Below, piece by piece: positions 17,430 through 29,400 of a DNA stretch of 64,000 nucleotides. The stretch is from Giardia intestinalis (lineage: Eukaryota), in the NCBI GenBank assembly GCA_000002435.2, contig CM018790.1; one strand, written 5' to 3'. The translations under genes were made by a program, and so were the position numbers. Position 1 is the first letter of the stretch; each line of letters begins with the position of its first letter. The notes under the pieces were generated by a model. It ran no database searches. It was not told the origin of the DNA and saw only the letters and a list, made by a program, of their open reading frames with translations.

Positions 17430-20400
17430 TCATGGCAAATTATAGTGGCTAAATGCTGACGGAGGCAGGTCAAAACAGTGTGCCAAAATGCGAGATATGC
17501 TTCCCAAAGCATTGATCTTCATTTCCGTTTCGGTTTTTCCTTCGGGAAGTGAAAGAACGTGTCTGACTATCGCCTCTGTCAGGGGTGAGCTATACCGTTT
17601 TGTCAGTGTCTCTCTATCTATTTGCGATAGAGACTGGATTTGTAGGGCGCGGATAACTTCCAGCAATATGAGCGCAGCGGGTACCTCATACATTGGCCCA
17701 GAGGCCACCAGGACTGTAAGGATCCTCACAGCCTCGTCTGTGTGTAAGGAGCGAACTCCTTCTTTCAGCAGGCTCTGGGTAGAAACCTCGACAAGGTGCC
17801 GAGCAGTGGGCAGTTGAGTGCGTAGCTTGCTCTTTCTTTCCAAGAAGTCGTCGGGAAGGTTCGAGAGAGACTCGACTGCAAGTAGCGCAGTGACAACACC
17901 TTGGAAAGCAGTGTTATAGAGAACGTCAATGAAGTCCCCAAAGAGCTCCATAAAAGAAAGCTCACACTTCGCTCGAAGAAAGATAATTCGCAAGATCTCC
18001 ACGGAATAGATGACACTACGCAGGAACACCTCGTTATGAGACGGAGATGGACCCCACAGATATAAGATAGGATGGTTCAGCGGAAGCACCTTCTGGCTTT
18101 CAGGGGAAGTATTGATTGGCAGGTTAAGCCTGTCTTTAGGGTTCACAAGGGCCGTGAATGCATCAATACAGGTGCACATCTCTATTATGTAGGTGTACTC
18201 ATCGTCATAGTAGTACACATCACGAATGCAACGCGAGACGACCTCTTCTGATAACAGCGACGCAGAGTAGCTAGTGCTAGGGAACTCAATCCTCTGGACA
18301 TTGCACTGTATCTCAGAATTATCTGGGTCAGAAGAAAAGCCTTGAATCAGCGAAATGTATTGAGCGTTCAGTTTTGGAGCCGAAGGGTGGCTTTGGAGCA
18401 GCTCGTGCACTATTGCATAGGCATCGTCTTGGATCCTCTCAAATGTATTAGTATACACCTTCTCATACTGTAAGCACTTGTTTGGCATCAGCGTTGGATG
18501 AATATGGCCATTGGTTTGCGCATAGACCTTCCAGGACACAGAGTGAGATCGTCTAGCACCGGAGAAATCACTCACGGTGATAGCGAGTGTGTGCGTAACA
18601 ATATTGAAGAGAAGACGAGACAGAAGCCTTTTGCGCTCCTTATTACCAACTGTCTTTCTCGATATATGAACAACCGTGCTTGTGATGGCCTTTGGAACGC
18701 TTTCGGTCTCCGTCAGCGATAGACTAGAGCGGCCCTGAAGCATCTCTATCTTCCCATCCTGCTCCAACCAAAGAAGAAGCGAGCGCACCACGCGTATAAG
18801 GGAGTTGAAGTACTGTTTTCCAGTAGGTGGAAAGTGGGAAGCCAAGCGGTGACAGGAGCCGAGGAGAAAGAATCCTGAATAGAGTAGGGTGCGGATATCT
18901 AGAAGTAGGAGACTCGCAATGACCTTTCCTATGGTTACAATGGTTAGACGGCCGTGACTCTTACCCATTGGCGTACACATACTGACAGGTGCGTGATGTT
19001 CTAATATCAGATATGTATAAAATGCCACAATGCACTGCTGCATCAGCACGTTTCGAGACTTCTCCAACGCCTCCCAAGCGGTGTTGATTGACGTTTCCCG
19101 AACCAGAATTGCTGAGTTGACCAGAAGACAGAGCAAATGGTCGACAGCTTTTATTTCATTGAAGTGTGTGCTTAGTAAGAAGTTAAAGTGATTAGTATAA
19201 TAAAATCTATCCCTTGGCGAGGCATTTGTCAGGAGCCTCGACGTTGCAATTCCATCATTTTCGACCCCGTCAACGCTGGTGGGTAGCTTGTACTTGCTTT
19301 GAAGGGTTGAAGAAATAAAAGAGACGAATCTGTCAATGATGTACCTGAGTAAGGGCAACTGCGCATATATTGCAGGCGAGATGACGTGCGTAAGAACGGA
19401 GTCGCGTGCTTCAATAGATTTGATGCTGTATATGTTGAAACACAGAGGATTCGGTAAGTCTAGCTCCGGTAGCGTGTGTGTCATGTTGACGCTGATGCTG
19501 CTAGGGCAAGTGAGGTCCATAGATTGCTGCTTGGTATTGGTGGAAGAGGCCTGCCCTTCACAGACAGTGCCCATTGTGGATGACGTCTTATCATCCACGA
19601 AAACAACATCAGCAAGGGCTCTACTTTTACGGGCGCCTTTTGCCGGAATATTTGACTCAGAGCCGGCAAAGTAACCTGATTGAGGAACAACCGGCTTTCG
19701 GCTGATGCTATTATTTCGTTTCTGGGGGTTCACGCAGGGGGGACTGCTACCGGCATAGTTCAGGGGCAAGGAGCAATCTAGCGCTAACACACAAGCGGAA
19801 AGAATTAGGCGATTAATGAACTCACTGTCCAGATATCTGAAGCCGAGGACCTTATAAATCTCTACACAAAGGTCTTGACGCTGTACCTTATTGGTGTTTT
19901 GCCTATCCAACTTACGTGTGTCAATGATGTACTCCAATAGCTTATCTATTTTATTGCTAAACTCGGTACGTTGATATTCCACTATTTTGGTGTGCAGCAA
20001 ATCTGTGCTCGTAAGACCGTGCTGAATGAGAAATGATAGAGCATGCCGGCGAGCGTCCTTAGCCGCCGGTGCCTGAGGATCCTGCTGCACACCGTTGTAC
20101 AGCAATGAGTAGAGGGCTGGGAGAGACGCTGCGTTAGCCGTGGACACAAACTGCAGCGCGTTAGTCATAAATGCATCTTGATCGAGAAGATAATCACTCA
20201 CCACAGAGGCAGGAAGCTGACTGTGAAGATTGACATAGAGTAGCTGACTAATCATCTTCCTTGTTTCGATGTCGTCACTTTCATCCGCTTGATAATCTTG
20301 GATCTTGATCGATTGATTGCTTGAGGGGTTCCCGGAAAGAACACTGTGTGTGTCCGCAATAGCTGAGCTTCCCAGGCCCTTTGGGTCCATATAAATGAGT

Positions 20401-23400
20401 GAAGCCAGTTGCATGGAGTGGTGATCTTGAGGTGCGTAAGTGGCCAAGTTTTCGGTCTGTGAACCAAGAGAGGGTGATACAAGGTTATCACGCGTCAAAC
20501 TTACCCCGAGCTCATGCAGATTTTGTACCATTGTAGTTGCAGACAGTGGGCAATCACAAATGACAGTGTTCGAAGAGAAAGGAAATAGGGGACGTTGGGA
20601 TATCTGAGTCCAGTGAGATCCAGACTCACTTAGGTCAACAGAACCGTCGGTGATATCAGGTAGCTCTGGAGAAAGAAGGATAGAATGAGAGGGCTTATCC
20701 TGGGCATCAGCCTCAAAGGTCATACCCTCGGAACGCTTTACAATGAAGTATGGAGACGTGGGGCTCACCAATACCATCGCAGGTGATATAAAAAGAAAGA
20801 CTATGGATTCAACTATATAACCTAAACAGGCGTTATCCCAAGAATGCCCAGTTTCACCGTCGTGGCATTTCCGAGACAGGTGCACATAGGTATCAAAGCT
20901 GGATGCAGAGTCGCAGTTCAGTGAAGCATTAGACCCAGCAAAAGCACCCCAGCGAGAGCATGTCGCATCAACGCCGTAACTATCTTGCTTGTCGTTCCAA
21001 AGGTCTGGCAGTCGCCGTCCGCACACCTTAAGTTGTTTGTATTTTTTCTTAGGAAAGTGGTTGATGGGTAATCCCAGGCCTGTCGCCCTAGAATCAGTGA
21101 GGTATTCTAGAGAGTCGTAAGTCTCCCTGTAAGAGTCTTTGTATTCGGTGCTAAGAGCGTTAGCAAAAAAATCTTTCGCAGCATAGCATAAGGAATATTG
21201 CACAGGATAAGTCGTGAAGATCAGTGGGGATTGGGACAAGGTGCTCCTAATACCCAAGTATCTGGGGCTGTATATTGAGATGTAGCGTCTTAATTCCTTG
21301 AATATGCTCTTGGAGTAGTTTTTCGAGAGTACTTTGAAGATCCGAAAGAAAATATCAGCGGATATCTCAATCATGGCGTCATATGCTGTGAGAAAATTGT
21401 TGTCTTCATCGACCTCTGAGACCTCTGCGGTAAACTTAGGGATGTTACTGATAATGTTGACGGGAAGACTGTCCTGTGATAGCTGCAGGCCCGACGTATC
21501 TCCAGAAGTGAAGAGCTGCCCAAGTGTTTCAACAGCGGTCCTGCAAAGCGCTTGGCGATGGGCAGAAAAATCAGGGAGCCAATCTGTGGATGTTATGCCC
21601 AAGAGGCGACGCATTGTGGGCTTCATTAGCTCTCCCTGGGAAAACGATAGATGAGCCTCAATAAGCAGAAAGTCAGCGGACAAATTCTTCGTAAATCTAT
21701 CGTTAAGCTTCCACTGACCCAGATTGTTAAGGTGTACATCTTTAGCAACCGCAGAGCTGATTGCGCTATAGACCTTGGAAAACTCGCTCCGACGCTCGGT
21801 GAAGCGCACTAGGGTGTTATAGTGGTTGCTCTTGATGCAAAGAGAAAACAGCCGTGTGATGATTGGGACTATGTAAAACTTGTTGATGTTTGAACTAAAC
21901 GACTGGACAAGGTCAGGCATATTATTCGCTAGCTTTAACAGTTCTGTTAGAAAGATGACTGATAGCTCATAGTTCTGACGAGGCTTAACACCGGCGTCTT
22001 CGGTGTACTCAAGGAGGACCTGGGGGACTTGCGTGTTCATATCAGTAGTGTGTGCACGCACTGGTGCTGTCTCAGAGAAGTATCTATAAAAGATAGAAGC
22101 ATAGCAAAGGCTGGGGGTAATCGGTCTGTTGCATATCATTGCTAAGAAGTTGCCTGTTTCCCCATAGACATCTGCCAGTTTTATTAGAAAGAAATCAGAA
22201 TTGAACTTAGCGCAGATTTCACGGAGAGGAAGCATCAGTAGGTTCTTTTGAAGGGATATGCTCTGGATGCTTCCCGTTATGATCTTAAGTAGTCCCGGTG
22301 CCATGAAAGCGGCTCTGTGCACTATGTTGGAGCAGAACTTTTTAAAGAATTGGGAGTATAGCCCTTCAGACAGAGAGCTGGTCTGAGTGGCGCCGAGCGA
22401 GAAGGACGTTGAAGACTGAAGCATGCGAGACTTTAAGATCTTGGCCCATTGATGTGTTAGGCTGTTATTCTGGCCACGGGTCATCAGAAGTGCCAGGTAC
22501 TGACCTATATCTTTGTACAGGAATGATGGCGACTGCATTAGAATAACAACAAGGATCCAAAGCACGCAGATACTAGAGTAAGAGAGCTGAGAGGATCTGC
22601 TAAAATTCATAATACTACTGCAAAACTTGTGTGGCTCAAACGCCCTCTTCTCTAGTTCACGATAGACAGTCATATTACAATGGGCCGAAAAGAGCTTTTG
22701 GAAAATAGCCAAATCATCAAAGAAGCACGTTACCCTCACCTCGTCTCCTTGCTTGGATAACTTGGAAGATGAGGCTTGTTTCTGTGTGGATGCCGATAAA
22801 GGAGAGTGTCGTGTTTCTAAGGCGTGGGCCGATTTCGCTCCAGCTTCTAGTGCCACAGTACTTGTTCCTTCCTCGGTCATAGCAACGCCCAGAAAGTTTG
22901 AAATTACTCGGCGATGGGTTCTCAGTTTAGATTTCTGTCCTTGGATTTGGGAAGAAACAGACGGCATTTCAGCGCGTTTGGCAAAACTCTGTTCAGCTAT
23001 AAGGAGAGCTGATGGATCGTTATGAAGCCCAGAAGTAGACAGCTGCGTTGAATCGCAGTGTGATTGTACGCTATAATTACGATCATTCTGGCTATCGGCC
23101 GATGGGCCTGGTGTTCTGGTTGAAAGGACCAACCTTCTGAGATCACCCATCTGACACTCCAAGAGGACGCTAGGATTCTTAAATGCAGGACACGTGTCGC
23201 TTCCAAGGGAAGAAGCCAGTCCCAGCAGAAGAATCGTACACGTCATGCTGTCTGCTAACTTGCTGATTCTGGAAACCTGGCAGCTCAGGTTCTGCTGCTG
23301 TTGCGCATTGGTAGATTCAAGTCGCATGGAGTATGCCTGCTCCTCGTGAGAGTTGGTTTCTTCTGAGACGGTGCAGCTTTCTTGATCATGGTCGTTCCCT

Positions 23401-26400
23401 ACTGACATCACCACAGTGGTGGTTGATTCATCTAAAGTAAGATCGACTGGCTGCGATGTCCTGGTGAGACCATCTTCAGGGGCCTGAACCTCCGCCCCAA
23501 GAAAGACAGAGCCAGTATCATTTTTGAAAGAACCCCGCACTGTCTGATTAATTGGGCTATCAAACAAAGACGGAGATGAATCCTGCGAAGTCTTTTGCGG
23601 CATATAATGCGACATGAAGTAGCTCAGTGTGCTGTACTGTGCACATTTCTCGCTTTCCTCCCTGGTGCCAATATTGTAGTAACCGTTGGAGGAGATGAAG
23701 GGAGACAGATTTCCTACGGTGTTGAGCTTGCTGAGGATGTAATTTAGAATGGTCTTGATGGAGTCTATCAAACGAAGCGAAGAAATGAAGCAAGTAACGT
23801 GCTCAATTAGATATGAAAGTTTCAGATTAAAAGCAACGTGGTCGCTCTTAGCGCTGCACATAGAGATCATCATAGAGTCAAGGGCCTCCCAAGATCTTAG
23901 CTGGTCAGCCTTGAGATTATCTTGATTGTGAATATCGTAGTAGTTGGTAGAGCCAAGAGCGTGCGTTGACATGGTCATCTCACCTCTGAGACTGCTAGGT
24001 CGCAGTCCGGCTTCATGGGAAGGACCCTTTTGAGAAGTCAGTAGGATCGCATCAGTAGTTGTAGGATATCTCAAGGGATTTGATTCCGGTATTTTCTCAA
24101 AATAATGATAGATGTTCCTAATAGCCTGATTGAGTTCAGCAAGAAAGACAGTTAGTTTGGCATCAGGTGAGGCTTTGTACAATGACGGGGTGGATTCTAG
24201 ATAATTGAAAAGTGTTTCTGACTCTTCAAAGAGCAGATCAACCGCTGCGTTGGTATTCTTAATTATAGACTCAGGTGTATCTGTGCCGGGAGACACAGAC
24301 CTTGAATTAGATTCCAGGGCCTGCTGAGAGTCGGAATTACTAGATGATGTGTTAAGGACGCTATCTGATGTAGTAGAGTCCTGCTCTGCCGCGTCTATGA
24401 GGTTGCGGTGCTCGTAGATAGAGTGGAGAGGCTGATGTGTAGCAAAGCTGTGATCCACGTGATCCCTGAAGTAGCGGCAAAATCCGAAGACGTTGTACGC
24501 CATATACAAGTCCATTAGGAGCCCGTTGGAGACGACATAAATATCAGGTGAGCACTGCTTATAAAGAGAGGCCTTCTGCGCTTCGATGAATGCATTATAG
24601 ATGGTCTCTCTTCTGTGGACTAGGTCTGCGAGGGGCTTGGTCGATGCAACCAACCGTCTTGGGAGGAGCCGAAGGTGTGTCTTGCTTTCGTCTTGAGGAA
24701 GCTCCTGGTCCAGGATTTGCTTTAGAAGGTTACCATGAAAGACTCTCCTTTCAGTAGAGAGCTTATGATGAAGGAGATATGAGTTAGAGAACTGGAGCAG
24801 AAGCGACTGGGTGTTTAGTTTGGTTAGTAGGAACGAGACAGACTCTTGTGCCCGAAGTGCATTGTCAATGGTCGTTTTTAGTCGCGTCATTAATTCTATG
24901 ACATATTGAATAGAGTGAATGTCTACAATAAGGGTTCTGTTTTCACTGGGAGATGAGCTGATTAGCTTGATAGAGTCCTCAATGACGGCCGTCAAGCGTT
25001 CATGTATAGTTTTAACAATGTGTAAAAAATCCTTTCTACATAAAAAGCGTAAGGTGTAGGCCGCACGTTTCTTGAAGGCAAGGTATGAGAAGGGCTTTTC
25101 CCTCGTTGTCATTAGATTGAAAAATTCAGTCTTTGAAGGTGTGCTCTGTAATTCAGCCGCATCAAATGCGCGCAGAAGCTGGGCAGTTAAACGGGGCATA
25201 AACGAGAGGCTAGGATCCACGACGTTGTAGTCTAGAAGGGGAGATAAAAAAGATGAATCGCATGCAGAGTGCTTGTCCTGTTGAGCATATGTTCTACAGA
25301 TTGTGGAGATGACACAGCTCCTAATGGTGCTATCACTGATTGGATCGTCGGCCTGTATACCCTCCGTCCCCAACTCATCAAACAATTCATCAAACTGGGA
25401 GATGAAAAGAGGAACTGCTACCCACAACGATAGAATGCGCTCTAATACAAGGAGTAGGGGAATTGCCAACTTACGTTCTATGAGCTTATAAGGCTCCATG
25501 AGCTCGGTAACCATAAAAGCTATGATGCAGTAAAATATGGTTGGTGAGCCAAAGGTCTTCAAGTAGAGAACGAAGTTAGTGAGTGGGAGTTGAGTCTTTC
25601 CTTGTGAGATCTGGTCCTTAGAAATTATGGTGGATACTGTTCTAAGGGCACCCAAGCTATTCTGAGTCACTCTTGTCGAAAGCGGGCAAGAAGCTTCCAC
25701 AAATGGAATGTGGGCCAATAACGGAGAGAGATCCAACTTAGTTCTTTCAAACAAGGGAGTTACCATTGGAGCGGGTTGGTAAATGTTAGCAGAGGACGTT
25801 TTAGAGTTCAAGGGCTCGTCCTTCTGCAAGGACGGGGTCAATCTATTATTGATTACCAGTAACTCAGTTATAAAATCTGCTTCTCCTTTACAAAGGATGG
25901 GCGTTGAAGGCTCTAGATGGTTGTTGAGCTCAGGGGGCATTTCTGATATGCATCGCCTTGCAATCTCTTCTGATGTGAGGCTAAAGTTAGCGTCCAGAGA
26001 TGGCTGAATGGTCCAAGCAGCTAGAAGCAACAGCTCTGGTGTAATGAGGCTACCATACATTTGCAGAATACTCGAGGAACAATCTGGCAGTGACCCAAAG
26101 TCTCCCGGGATGGAAGTATTGTTGCTGGTTCGGGTAATGGGTAACTTTCCAGAAGCAGTTGGGATGTTGCCGTGATCTGATAGTGTACGGTGATGCATGA
26201 CTGTCTTTTCCCCAAAAGATGCGTTGGGAAAAACGGAGATCGGTACAGTTGTATGTTGCGAGTGCAGAGCGCTGGCAGCCGATTGCTCCGGGACAGATTC
26301 AATGGGACGGGTAGCTAGGACAGTGGCACGAGTTGAAGGTTTTTCAAGTGCGCTGGCAAAGTGGTCTGTTATATAGTTCAGCATGATCTCATCATAAGGG

Positions 26401-29400
26401 GTGCTACACAAAGAAGACATGTCAAGCGTTGCAAACAAAGGATTCAGGGGTTTAATGTCCAGGGTATGAGCCAGGGCATCTACGGGATGAGTGAAGAGGG
26501 TTGCGAGCGGATTCAGTGAAGCGGCAAGAGTGTTCTGTATAACAGTGCCGGCATCATCTTCTGACTTGGAAAAAGAGGAAAGAAGCCTGGTGCAAGCCAT
26601 TTCCAAACTCTCTAAGAACGCAGACCCAGAGGCAGTGCGACTGCAACTCAAGGCCTGCATCAATGATGACTTTATCTGCTTAAATACGTCGATGGCATCG
26701 GTTGGAGAGTGTATTTTCGCAGTAGTTAAAGGACAATTTGCTATACTGGTAGAAGTGCTGCTGAAGTCGGAGTGTAAGGTCTTGAAAAAGTACACAGATA
26801 GAAGCTCATGATAGTCTAGAGTTCTTAGCTGATTGGCCATGTATAAGACGTGTTTATGATACTCTAATTCATGGAAGTTGAGATAGTCCAGGGCAATGCC
26901 TTTAGGGCAATAAAGACAAGATAGTGCAAAGTGGTCTATCCCCAGGAAGCCATGCACACTAGTACTGGTATCAGTCGGCAACATGCATAGCATGGTGCTG
27001 TGTAGAGATAAAAACATCCCATAGGCCTGTAGCGGAAAATAGGTGACAAATGCTCGCGCATGTAATTTGTCCAGTACAGACCAGACGAGCTGGCGAAGTA
27101 TCTCCGCTCCCTTCAAGGTTAGCTGCGCAGTTCTGAAGAATCTCATTAGGTGAGCTACTCCTTTAAAGTCGCGCGATAATAACCTTGTGTGCAGATGCTC
27201 AGGGCTAGTGTTAACGGTCTCCATCTCCTCTAATGCCCTGTAGGCCCTGATATAGTCGTCCATGAAGTACTCGAAAATGGGCTGATACCGGTAGTGGTTA
27301 GATGTTTGGGTCTGATGTTGAGGAGATGGTAGAAATTTTCGTGTGCTCAGCTGTTGATCTGGCCCCGGCTTCATATAGGAATCTACGGGCATTACGGAGT
27401 TGTTGGGTAGTGATCGCAAAGAGTCGTAAATAACGATGCGGATCTGACGCAGAAACTTGAGAATATAATGTGCCTGATACGGAATTGTGACGAGGTAGAG
27501 ACAGAGTGCGCCCTCTAGAAAACCAAGAGCTTGTAGTATTTGGTCATTGGAGCAAAGCATAAACAGGTTTCTTGTTATGAGGGCTTCAAGCTTTGTCAGG
27601 AGTGCCTTCAGCTTTATCGCGAAGTAAAGAAATCGGTCGCTATACCGTTTTGGAGTTACCAAGATCCGTTTCCCCACCACATGAAACATAGGCACATTGG
27701 ACAAGGGATCGATAGATTGGTCAAAAAATAGGTATGGTTGGTGTGAGAGGACAGGCACAAGAATGTCGGTGTATTGTGGCGTGGTAGCCGGAAAGGGAGG
27801 GGAGAGTAGGGGAGGGCAGGGTGTATCGTTATTATCAACAACAATTAAACTGGTATACATGTCTCTTGGATTGTTGGCAGTTACATTTCCGACGCTTATC
27901 CGCTGCACCTCGTGAAGCCCCGATGTGCTGTCCATTCCGTACGCATTACTCAGCTCAGGCTCGAGATCAGTTGTAACGGGGTCATGAGGGGATACTGCAT
28001 TGCCCCCCGTAGCAAACTCAGTAGGGTTGTACTGTGAAAAGGACCGTACAGAGGGGCACTCACGGCTCAAATCTGGAGCATCAGAAGCATCATGATTCGA
28101 TGATTTGGAAGACGGATTTGTTCCATTTGAGGCCATAGCTGCCCGAGAAGTGTCAGTCTTAAACAAGTAGGCGTTAGAATGACTCGGTATTTGAAGCGCA
28201 TGTTCATGCTCATTCGTATTCGTATTCGGCCACATCATCTTCATAAAAGCATCCTGTTCATCTTTGATGAGCTGGTGAATAAGATATAGATAGGACGACC
28301 GCATCGTCATAAGAATAAGAAGGGCAGTATCAATGAGAAGGCATATCTTGCGGGGAAGAGAGGGAGCTTCCTGGTCAATCTGAATCAAGGCCTGTTCAGC
28401 GTCAGTGACTGCAAATCCATCGTTGCTGACCAAATCACTCAAAAGCCGAATCTTTCCTTCCTTGTGCTTTTCAAACCAAAAGATGTACTCTATGCAATCA
28501 ATGAATGCAGAATGAGTTATGTAGGAAAAGTTTGTGCTCCGTGGACCACAGAGATGATCGTCGGGCCTGGAGGCTAAGGGTGCACTTGCCTTGTTGCGTG
28601 CCTTGATATACTCATCAAAATAATATACACCTTCATACGTATCAGTACTAGGAAGTGAGTCGTCCTGAACTGTGTATTCAGTGCTGCCAGAAAGCATATA
28701 GTGCGCAACAGAGGACACTTGGTGGCCATTATAGTATCCATTGGTGATCGTAATCTGTCGCCTAAACCGCATCATGTACCCGGTAAGGCCCGGCAAAATG
28801 ATCTCCTCCAGGACCTTCAGATTGAAGCAGCGCCGCGTGTAGAAGAAGAGAATAACATTTAGGTTTTGGGGAGAAAGAAGATACACCCTTATGAGCCTGT
28901 AGAGATGTGGGTCTATATATGGCGGGAGAAAATAAAGAGGTGACGTCCGCTCCTGTTTGTAGTAGGACGACACGGCAATCATAATAAGAAGATATATCCG
29001 AGTGCCACTAATATTAGCGTCTCCAAGGGCACCACTATCAAGGTTAGAGCTGGAGCTGGAGCTGGAGGAGGCAATGGCTTTCTCAATGCGCTTAGTTGCC
29101 TTGTTGATTGCATGCCGCAGCTCAAAAAGTCTCTCAGTTGAGCCAGTTCCCTCAGGAATCCTCGTTCCACTCGAGTCGTGGTCGCCATGTCCAAATCCAG
29201 TGGCGGGTACTGCACCGCTCGAACTGCCTGAAAGAGCGGCTCCAGGGGGCTCGTCGAGCAGAAGCTCAGGGTAGATGACATCTCTCATGACATAGGGAAC
29301 ACAGTTCGAGATTTGCAGTTCTTTGCAGAGAAGGTACGAGCTCAATCTACGAGGAAGCAAGGAGAAGAAGCATCGAATGAAGCATAGGGATTCCTGGGTT